This document shows, in pieces, positions 16,939 through 24,000 of a stretch of DNA of 24,000 bases. Position numbers and translations under genes: made by a program. The DNA comes from Defluviitoga tunisiensis (GTDB taxonomy: Bacteria > Thermotogota > Thermotogae > Petrotogales > Petrotogaceae): assembly GCF_000953715.1 (NCBI RefSeq), contig NZ_LN824141.1, positions 284,676-308,675 of the forward strand, given 5' to 3'. The notes below the pieces were generated by a model that was given only the letters and a program-made list of their open reading frames with translations, made no database searches and was not told the origin of the DNA. The number at the start of each line of letters is the position of its first letter. Position 1 is the first letter of the stretch.

Positions 16939-18537
16939 ATGTCTGCTAAAAAATATATAATTGTTACAGGTGGAGTTCTTAGTGGAATAGGAAAAGGTGT
17001 GGCTTCCGCTGCTATAGGAAGGCTCTTAAAAGAATTTAACCTAGAGGTGAACTCGTTAAAAATTGATCCTTACCTAAACGTTGATGCCGGAAATATGAAT
17101 CCAAATCAACACGGGGAAACTTTTGTTACGGAAGATGGATATGAAGCAGATCTTGATTTGGGACATTATGAAAGATTCTTAGGTATAGACATGAAAAGAT
17201 ATAACAACATGACCGCTGGTCAAGTATATAAATATGTAATTGAAAAAGAACGAGAAGGAAAATATCTAGGAGCAACCGTTCAGATGGTTCCCCACGTAAC
17301 TGGACGTATTAAAGAAAGAATCGAAGAAATTGATTCAGAAATCTTACTTGTAGAAGTCGGCGGTACTGTTGGAGACATCGAGGGAGAAATATTTTTAGAA
17401 GCGGTTAGAGAACTATCTTTTGAAAAAGGGCGAGAAAACTTTTTGTTTATTCATGTAACGTTTGTACCATATCTACACATTACTAATGAATTTAAAACTA
17501 AACCTACTCAACAATCGATTCAACTTTTAAGAAGGATCGGTATTCAACCTGACATGATTTTAGTAAGAACTGAAAAAGAAATCGATTTTTCTAGTTTAGA
17601 AAAGATTGCTCTATTTGGTGGAGTTCCGCTTGAAAATGTTATTAATCTTCCTGATTTAAACAACGTTTATGAAGTTCCAGAAGAATTAAACAAAAAGAAT
17701 CTACCTTTATTGATTTCTAAAAAATTAAACTTAAGTCTTGACAACAACAGTTATGAAAATATTAAGTGGAAATCACCCAAAACTTTTAAGAATCTAAAAA
17801 TCGCCTTAATTTCTAAATATACTGGAACTGATGACGCCCACAAAAGTATAATGGAAAGCATCTTTCTTAGTGGCGTTAATAGGCCTGATATTATTAATGC
17901 TGGCGAGTTAGAAGAAATGAAAGAAGAAAATCTTAAAATATTTTTAAGTAAATACGATGGAATAATTATTCCTGCCGGTTTTGGTAAACGAGCTATAGAA
18001 GGGAAGATTAAAGCTATAAAATATGCCAGAGAAAATAATGTACCTATTCTGGGAATATCATTAGGAATGCAATTAATGGTAATTGAATTTGCAAGAAATG
18101 TGCTGAACCTGAAGGATGCGAACTCAACTGAGTTTGACGAAAATACGCCCTATCCAGTAATCGATTTAATTGCAAAATCAAATAAAACTATTAATGAAAA
18201 TAATAATTCTATGAGATTAGGGGCCCACAAAATAAATATTTTTACTAATACAAAACTTTTTGAAATTTATTCTGAAGCTACCGTACTTGAAAGGCATAGA
18301 CATAAACACATTGTAAATTATGAGAAATTTCAAGAAATATTTGAAAAGCCATCTGATAATTTTGGAAAATTGACTGTTTCTGCCATGTCAGATTATGTTG
18401 AAGCTATTGAGCTTAAAAACCATCCATTTTATATCGGTGTTCAATATCATCCAGAATTCAAGTCTAAGGTTGGAAAACCTCATCCTCTTTTTCCTGCCTT
18501 TATAAAAGCAGTTGAAAATCATTCTCAAAATTATTGA
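16939..18537 (+). CDS. pyrG: CTP synthase with an atypical glutamine-amidotransferase domain
   Basis: 532 aa. Synthetase motifs are YIIVTGGVLSGIGKG, DPYLNVDAGNMNP.QHGE, GGTVGDIEGE and KTKPTQQS. The C-terminal GATase domain retains GVQYHPEF, but the nucleophile motif reads GISLGMQ (see findings). Confidence 0.9.
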   Translation: MSAKKYIIVTGGVLSGIGKGVASAAIGRLLKEFNLEVNSLKIDPYLNVDAGNMNPNQHGETFVTEDGYEADLDLGHYERFLGIDMKRYNNMTAGQVYKYVIEKEREGKYLGATVQMVPHVTGRIKERIEEIDSEILLVEVGGTVGDIEGEIFLEAVRELSFEKGRENFLFIHVTFVPYLHITNEFKTKPTQQSIQLLRRIGIQPDMILVRTEKEIDFSSLEKIALFGGVPLENVINLPDLNNVYEVPEELNKKNLPLLISKKLNLSLDNNSYENIKWKSPKTFKNLKIALISKYTGTDDAHKSIMESIFLSGVNRPDIINAGELEEMKEENLKIFLSKYDGIIIPAGFGKRAIEGKIKAIKYARENNVPILGISLGMQLMVIEFARNVLNLKDANSTEFDENTPYPVIDLIAKSNKTINENNNSMRLGAHKINIFTNTKLFEIYSEATVLERHRHKHIVNYEKFQEIFEKPSDNFGKLTVSAMSDYVEAIELKNHPFYIGVQYHPEFKSKVGKPHPLFPAFIKAVENHSQNY

Positions 18538-18714
18538 TATAATTTTTAATAACAAGTTATAGTTTTTTAATATATGAGTTCTAAAGAGAAAAATCTTTAC
18601 AGTTGATTGTTTAAGTTGTATTTAAAAAAAGAGTATTAAAAATACGAATGAAATTTATATTCAAGATAATCTTAAATTTCTATAGATTTGAAAAAAGAGG
18701 AGGCTATAACAATT

Positions 18715-20166
18715 ATGAATTTTTATGAATTATATTTGAGATCCTTTTATGATTCTAACGGTGATGGATTAGGAGATTTTCAAGGTTTAAAAAAGAAAAT
18801 CGACTATTTTTGCGAATTGGGAATTGATCATATATGGTTGCTTCCGATTCTCAAGTCTCCTGCTTTTCATGGTTATACTATTTCCGACTTTTACAACGTT
18901 AATCCTGTTTATGGAACTTTGCAAGATTTGCAAGAAGCCTTAAATGTCGGGCATAAAAAAGGTCTCAAATTTATACTAGACCTTCCAATAAATCACGTGG
19001 CAGTTACCTCTGAATGGTTTCAGAAAGCATTAAAAGGGGAAGAACCTTACAAACATTGGTTTATCTGGGCTAACGAAAAAGCTGATTTAAACGAGAAAAG
19101 ACATTGGGATGAAAGTAAAATTTGGTATCGAATTGGCGACAAATATTTTTATGGAATATTTGGACCTGCATCACCTGATCTTAATTTTGAAAGAAAGGAT
19201 CTTTGGAAAGAAATTAAAAAGATATTTAAATATTGGTTGGATATCGGTTTTGATGGGTTTAGATTGGACGCTGCGAAACATATCTTTGATTTCGATACCG
19301 AAAATATGAGATTTAAATATCAACATGAAAAAAATGTCCAATTTTGGAAGGAAATGGTTTCTCATATTAAATCGATTAATAGAGATGCAATAGTGGTGAG
19401 TGAAGTTTGGGATTCACCCGAAATAGTAAGAAAGTATGAAGGAATATTTGATATAGGATTTAATTTTCCGCTTGCAGAAGATATAAAAATGACTTTGAAA
19501 AGTGAAAGCACTAAAAAATTTGTTGAAACATTAGAAAAATGTATGCCAGAATATTTTCCAGATGGTGTGGTTCAATCAGTTTCTGGTAATTTTTTAACAA
19601 ATCACGATATGACAAGAATAATTTCAGATCTAAAAAATGAAGAAAAAGTTAAACTAGGCTTTTCTATAATTTATACTTTGCCTGGCGTTCCTTTTATTTA
19701 TTACGGTGAGGAAATTGGTATGAAAGGCATCCCAATTGATGTGAACTTTACTGAGGACAGCCAAGAACCTTTTCAGTGGTATGAAAATGGATTTGGTATT
19801 GGTCAAACCGAGTGGAAAGGGTGTAAATTCAATCCTCCTTACTCAGGAACATCTGTTGAAGAACAAATCAATCAAATTGATTCAATTTTGAATACAATTA
19901 AAACTTTAATTGTATTCAGGAAAGCCAATCCTTGGATAGATGAAGCTAAAATTAAAATTTTGAATTTTGATCAAAATATGGTAGAATTATGCGTGTATAA
20001 CCAAATAAATGAGATTAGAACCTATTATAATCTAAAATCATCCAAAAGCTCGGTTTTGCTGCCAAATGGTGAAGAATTATTATCTATTGGTGAAAATATA
20101 AATAATAAAAATGAACTGGTGTTGTCTCCTTATGGGGTTTACTCAATAAAAATGATCAAACAATAA
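18715..20166 (+). CDS. GH13 alpha-amylase-family glycoside hydrolase (cytoplasmic; alpha-glucosidase/maltodextrin-active type)
   Basis: The four GH13 regions are present: DLPINHV, GFDGFRLDAAKHI, VSEVWD and FLTNHDMTR. There is no signal peptide. The ATG at 18715 is preceded by AGAGGAGG, and the track's TTG 18688 overlaps that SD region. Confidence 0.85.
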   Translation: MNFYELYLRSFYDSNGDGLGDFQGLKKKIDYFCELGIDHIWLLPILKSPAFHGYTISDFYNVNPVYGTLQDLQEALNVGHKKGLKFILDLPINHVAVTSEWFQKALKGEEPYKHWFIWANEKADLNEKRHWDESKIWYRIGDKYFYGIFGPASPDLNFERKDLWKEIKKIFKYWLDIGFDGFRLDAAKHIFDFDTENMRFKYQHEKNVQFWKEMVSHIKSINRDAIVVSEVWDSPEIVRKYEGIFDIGFNFPLAEDIKMTLKSESTKKFVETLEKCMPEYFPDGVVQSVSGNFLTNHDMTRIISDLKNEEKVKLGFSIIYTLPGVPFIYYGEEIGMKGIPIDVNFTEDSQEPFQWYENGFGIGQTEWKGCKFNPPYSGTSVEEQINQIDSILNTIKTLIVFRKANPWIDEAKIKILNFDQNMVELCVYNQINEIRTYYNLKSSKSSVLLPNGEELLSIGENINNKNELVLSPYGVYSIKMIKQ

Positions 20167-20295
20167 ATACCCAAACTAACCTAGATTATTTTGCAAGAAT
20201 CTTAACCTTTTTAGATTCTATTAAAATTATATTACACACTTAGATAATCTAAGGTGAAGTTTCTAGAACAAGTCAGTAAGGAGGTGTCCGACTAG

Positions 20296-20901
20296 ATGCA
20301 TAATAAAAAAACTAAAATCCTATTATTATTAGCTTTAGTTTCCGTCACCGTTTATTCTTTATCTCCTTATTTTGAGATAAACTTTGAAGAATCTAAGTCA
20401 GATATAAAAATAAAAACAATTTTGTATGATTTTATATCCACACAATACAATATTGCTGTTGGAAAAAATATGCCCCCAGAAAGATTAAACGAATTAGTAA
20501 ATGCAATAATGGAATCATCCAAAATTTTCGAAATATCTCCTTTATTGATTACAGCTATAATAGATACTGAAACAAACTTTAAAAATATAATAGGTCCCTA
20601 TGGTGAAATTGGTTATATGCAGATTAGACCTACAACTGCAAAGTTTATTATAGAGGAATATTATAGCCTGTTTGAATCATTGAACTATACCCAAAAAGAG
20701 ATTAGTTGGATCGAGCAAAGACTTTTAGTTGACCCGAGGTACAATATTCTAGTAGGAACTGCTTATTTAAAATATCTAACAGATAGTCATGGAGATATTT
20801 ATAAAGCTTTAGGTTGGTATAATGGCGGCGGCAATGCTTATTATTCTAATAAAGTGGTTTACAGATTAAACAAAATATCAATCAATTATCCACTTTTATA
20901 A
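20296..20901 (+). CDS. lytic transglycosylase (SLT domain), membrane-anchored or secreted
   Basis: 201 aa with an N-terminal hydrophobic segment KILLLLALVSVTVYS. SLT motifs are IIDTETNF (catalytic Glu), GEIGYMQIRPTTAKF and GTAYLKYL. The SD AAGGAGGTG lies 9 nt upstream. Confidence 0.8.
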   Translation: MHNKKTKILLLLALVSVTVYSLSPYFEINFEESKSDIKIKTILYDFISTQYNIAVGKNMPPERLNELVNAIMESSKIFEISPLLITAIIDTETNFKNIIGPYGEIGYMQIRPTTAKFIIEEYYSLFESLNYTQKEISWIEQRLLVDPRYNILVGTAYLKYLTDSHGDIYKALGWYNGGGNAYYSNKVVYRLNKISINYPLL

Positions 20902-20918
20902 ACCACAAATTTTTGAAT

Positions 20919-20954
20919 AAAGCTTCGTTTTTTAGAACGAAGCTTTATTTTTTT
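20919..20954 (+). terminator. rho-independent terminator after the lytic transglycosylase gene
   Basis: An 11-bp stem AAAGCTTCGTT (20919-20929) pairs with AACGAAGCTTT (20936-20946) across the loop TTTTAG, followed by ATTTTTTT. Confidence 0.85.
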
Positions 20955-21042
20955 GTAATGCTTTTTCCTATATTTCGTAGTATAATTATTTAAATAATTG
21001 TTCAACAAAAGACGAAAAAATAATTGGTGGTGAAGAAAAAAG

Positions 21043-22263
21043 ATGAACCTTTCTGTATACTCTGAAATTGGAAAACTGGAAAAAGTTTTGTTACATAGAC
21101 CTGGAGAAGAATTGGAAAATTTAGCTCCTTTTTACCTTACAGATTTGTTGTTTGATGATATACCTTTTTTAAAAAAAGCACAAGAGGAACATGATTATTT
21201 TGCAAACGTCCTAAAAAATAATGATGTTGAGGTTCTATATCTATCAAAGCTTTTAGAAGAAACTCTTACAATAAATCAACTAAAAAATCAATTTTTAGAC
21301 GAGTTTTTAGATTTTTCAGATATTAAAAATAAATTTATTTTTGAACTGTTAAAAGAATATCTATTATCGCTTGAAACAAAAAAAATGATTGACAAAATCA
21401 TTGCTGGTGTAAGGTCAGATGAACTTGAAATAAAAAGAAATATTTTTTCTTTACGAGTAAGAAGGGCTGATATTGAAATACCTTTTTTTCTAAATCCCAT
21501 GCCGAACCTTTATTTTCAACGGGACCCTGTTGCTATTTTGGGAAAAGGTGCCTGCATCAACAGAATGAAAACACAAGCCCGAAGAAGAGAAGTTATGTTG
21601 ATGGAATATGTGCTTAAATACCATGAAGATTTTAAGGGGACAGAATTTTATTATGAAAAAGAATTTCCTTACTCAATAGAAGGAGGGGATATTCTTATTT
21701 TAAATAATAAAACACTAGCAATAGGCATCTCTCAAAGGACTTCTCCAGAAGCGGTAGAAATATTGGCAAAAAGGTTTTTAAAAGAAAACAAAGATAGTTT
21801 TGAAAAAATCATAGCATTTATTATTCCTCATGACAGGGCATATATGCATTTAGACACGATTTTTACTATGGTAGATTATAACAAATTTCTTGTTCACGCT
21901 AATTTAAGAGGGGATTTAAAAACCTTTACCATTTTTAAAACTGATAAAGGTTTTGATTTTCAAGAACAGGAAAAATCTTTAGAAGAAATATTAAAAGAAC
22001 ATTTACATCTTGACCATGTTCAATTGATAAAATGTGGAGGCGGAGACATTATTGCATCACACAGAGAACAATGGAACGACGGTTCAAATTGCTTAGCTAT
22101 AGAGCCTGGAAAAGTAATAGCTTATGATAGAAATTATGTAACAAATAAAGAAATGGAAAAGGCGGGAATAGAGGTTTTTGAAATACCTTCAGGTGAGATA
22201 TCAAGAGGCAGAGGAGGTCCAAGGTGTGCAAGCATGCCTCTAATAAGGAGGAATATGGTATGA
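21043..22263 (+). CDS. arcA: arginine deiminase
   Basis: 406 aa with VYSEIGKLEKVLLHRPG, YFQRDP, SIEGGD, MHLDT and the C-terminal catalytic Cys in GGPRCASMPL. Confidence 0.9.
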   Translation: MNLSVYSEIGKLEKVLLHRPGEELENLAPFYLTDLLFDDIPFLKKAQEEHDYFANVLKNNDVEVLYLSKLLEETLTINQLKNQFLDEFLDFSDIKNKFIFELLKEYLLSLETKKMIDKIIAGVRSDELEIKRNIFSLRVRRADIEIPFFLNPMPNLYFQRDPVAILGKGACINRMKTQARRREVMLMEYVLKYHEDFKGTEFYYEKEFPYSIEGGDILILNNKTLAIGISQRTSPEAVEILAKRFLKENKDSFEKIIAFIIPHDRAYMHLDTIFTMVDYNKFLVHANLRGDLKTFTIFKTDKGFDFQEQEKSLEEILKEHLHLDHVQLIKCGGGDIIASHREQWNDGSNCLAIEPGKVIAYDRNYVTNKEMEKAGIEVFEIPSGEISRGRGGPRCASMPLIRRNMV

Positions 22264-23597
22264 AGAAAAAAGTGTTAATTATGGGTGCAGCAGGAAGAGA
22301 TTTCCATAATTTTAACGTTTATTTTCGTAACAATCCAGATTTTGAAGTTGTTTGCTTTACCGCAACACAAATTCCAAATATTGAGAATAGAATTTATCCT
22401 CCTGAATTATCTGGTCCTCTCTATCCAAATGGCATTCCCATAGAACCTGAAAAAAATTTGTTGCAAATTATTCAAGAGCAAGATATCGATGAAGTTATTT
22501 TATCCTATAGTGATCTCTCTTTTCAATATGTAATGGAAAAAGCATCTTTGGTACTTGCTGCGGGAGCTGATTTTAAACTCTTAGGTCCAAAAAATTCTTC
22601 AATTAAATCTAAAAAACCAATTATTTCTATCTGTGCAGTTAGAACAGGTTCTGGAAAAAGTCAGACAGCTAGAAGAGTTTTGGATATACTAAAAAGTAAA
22701 GGTTTAAGAGTCATATCAATAAGGCATCCCATGCCTTACGGTGATCTTGTTAAGCAAAAAGTTCAAAGGTTTGCAACTTACAAGGATCTGGATTTTCATG
22801 AGTGTACTATAGAGGAAAGAGAAGAATACGAACCACATATAATCAGAAATTCAGTTATTTATTCGGGGGTTGATTACGAAGCAATATTAAAAGAGGTAGA
22901 ATTAGAAGGGCCTGACGTTATTTTATGGGATGGAGGTAACAACGATTTTCCTTTCTATAAATCCGACCTATCAATTGTTGTTGTTGACCCTCACAGAGCT
23001 GGTCACGAAGTCTCTTATTTTCCTGGTATGACTAACCTTATAATGGCTGATATTATAGTTATAAACAAAGAAGAAACTTCTTCATTAGAAGATATTGAAA
23101 TAGTTAGAAATAATATTGAAAAATGGAATCCAAAAGCAATAGTTATCGATGCTGCTTCACCTCTGTTTGTAGAAGATCCACACTTAATAAGAGGTAAAAA
23201 ATGCTTGGTAATTGAAGACGGCCCTACATTAACTCATGGTGGGATGACTTATGGAGCTGGTTTTATAGCTGCTAAAAAATTTGGAGCTTCTGAAATAATT
23301 GACCCAAGACCTTTCGCTGTTGGTTCTATAATCGATACATATAAAAAGTACTCGCACCTTGACAAGGTTTTACCTGCTATGGGCTATGGACCTCAACAAA
23401 TAAAAGAATTAGAAAATACGGTTAATTGTTCGAATGCCGACATAGTGGTAATTGGTACTCCTATAGATTTATCTAAAATTATAAAAATTAACAAACCTTT
23501 TGTGGAAGTTACTTATGAACTTCAAGAAATTGGCAAACCTAACTTAGAAGATGTAATTGTTGAATTCTGCCAAAAAAAGTTCATTAAAAATATATAA
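22260..23597 (+). CDS. uncharacterised P-loop NTPase with an N-terminal Rossmann-like domain; by recollection resembles the COG2403 'predicted GTPase' / cyclic 2,3-diphosphoglycerate synthetase-like family
   Basis: The ATG at 22260 overlaps the arcA stop (ATGA) and follows the SD TAAGGAGG (22243-22250). Motifs are Walker A AVRTGSGKS (22635-22661), WDGGNND (Walker-B-like) and VINKEE (NKxD-like). The family assignment is from memory and has not been searched. Confidence 0.7.
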   Translation: MKKKVLIMGAAGRDFHNFNVYFRNNPDFEVVCFTATQIPNIENRIYPPELSGPLYPNGIPIEPEKNLLQIIQEQDIDEVILSYSDLSFQYVMEKASLVLAAGADFKLLGPKNSSIKSKKPIISICAVRTGSGKSQTARRVLDILKSKGLRVISIRHPMPYGDLVKQKVQRFATYKDLDFHECTIEEREEYEPHIIRNSVIYSGVDYEAILKEVELEGPDVILWDGGNNDFPFYKSDLSIVVVDPHRAGHEVSYFPGMTNLIMADIIVINKEETSSLEDIEIVRNNIEKWNPKAIVIDAASPLFVEDPHLIRGKKCLVIEDGPTLTHGGMTYGAGFIAAKKFGASEIIDPRPFAVGSIIDTYKKYSHLDKVLPAMGYGPQQIKELENTVNCSNADIVVIGTPIDLSKIIKINKPFVEVTYELQEIGKPNLEDVIVEFCQKKFIKNI

Positions 23598-23633
23598 TAT
23601 AGTCTATAACAAATAATTTCGGAGGTGTAATTT

Positions 23634-24000
23634 GTGGCTAATGTTTATGTAGGAGGTAAAAGTAAAAAAAGAGGTAAATTTTGGATCATATTAATTCTTG
23701 TTCTCGTAGCAGTAGCAGCTTTTTTTGGATTTATGTTTTACAAATACAACAATCTTATGTCTTCTCCTGCCCTAAAGGCTGATTTAATAACTTATACTAT
23801 TTCGTATAACGATGATTTATATTTTGTTAGACTTCTAAATAACAATAGAAAGATAATGATTATAAAAGTTGAAAATGGAACTACTTTTACAGATCCTTAT
23901 ATAACTTTGACTTCAGATAATTTAGAAAAAGCTACAACGGACTTTCTTAAATTATTCGGGCTAAAATCTGATATCAACTATTATTTTTACCTAAATGATG
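23634..24000 (+). CDS. membrane-anchored protein, 3'-partial (possibly a divergent LytR/CpsA/Psr-like domain)
   Basis: This ORF is not in the supplied track because it runs off the window. The start is GTG 23634, 6 nt after GGAGGTG (23621-23627), and the frame stays open to 24000. It has a basic N-terminus and a TM helix FWIILILVLVAVAAFFGFMF. LEKATTDFLKLFGLKSDINYYFYLND loosely resembles the LCP-domain core, but the PRD-type motif was not seen. Confidence 0.55.
   Translation, partial: MANVYVGGKSKKRGKFWIILILVLVAVAAFFGFMFYKYNNLMSSPALKADLITYTISYNDDLYFVRLLNNNRKIMIIKVENGTTFTDPYITLTSDNLEKATTDFLKLFGLKSDINYYFYLND

Noticed and set aside
20196-20219. Hairpin AGAATCT/AGATTCT after the GH13 gene as an intrinsic terminator
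   Set aside because: It has only 7 AU-rich base pairs, a 10-nt loop and no following T-tract (ATTAAAATTA). It is too weak to call a terminator and is mentioned only within the TAGAT-motif finding.
9070-21500. Other antisense or embedded track ORFs: 9070-9264, 10787-10990, 15089-15361, 15654-15845, 16341-16631, 19109-19309, 19171-19365 and 21288-21500
   Set aside because: Each is fully contained within, or opposite to, a motif-supported gene (asp23-like, mutS, rsmI, CYTH, acpP, GH13, arcA). None has a recognisable motif or an SD site. For example, 9070-9264 is poly-Ser produced by the antisense of an acidic tail.
16441-22259. N-terminal extensions in the track for acpP (TTG 16441), GH13 (TTG 18688) and the P-loop gene (ATG 22224)
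   Set aside because: In each case a strong SD (AAGGAGG, AGAGGAGG, TAAGGAGG) lies inside the extension at optimal spacing from an internal ATG (16462, 18715, 22260). The extension adds non-conserved residues.

Overview
This is a densely coding, strongly AT-rich bacterial chromosomal window with strong GGAGG-type Shine-Dalgarno sites and many 1-23 nt gene overlaps. The gene content is core housekeeping. A long minus-strand train runs from about 16.2 kb down to 1.2 kb: CYTH, rsmI, xseA, xseB, a RemA-like gene, clpP, mutS, asp23-like, nusB, dxs, a small beta-barrel OMP, mutS2, a long FtsA-like ATPase and acpS. A plus-strand train diverges from the same intergenic region: acpP, pyrG, a GH13 glycosidase, a lytic transglycosylase, arcA, a P-loop NTPase and a partial membrane protein. 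At the left edge a 5'-partial cell-wall amidase on the plus strand converges on acpS. A Firmicute-like gene order (asp23-nusB, RemA) together with an outer-membrane beta-barrel suggests a Thermotogota-like or similar diderm low-GC anaerobe, but this is inference only. I found no rRNA, tRNA, CRISPR array, transposase, integrase, prophage or recognisable defence cassette, and no convincing novel multi-gene system. The observations most worth a second look are gene-level. (1) The pyrG glutaminase nucleophile Cys is replaced by Ser, and neighbouring amidotransferase motifs are eroded. (2) A 690-aa FtsA-like ATPase carries about five tandem ThiS/beta-grasp-like C-terminal repeats and is translationally coupled to acpS. 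(3) arcA is coupled by an ATGA overlap to an uncharacterised P-loop NTPase, with no arcB or arcC in view. (4) The conserved N-terminus of mutS2 lies upstream of any canonical start codon, and an ATT start is plausible. (5) A hairpin and mini-ORF leader separates the only Shine-Dalgarno site from the dxs start codon.
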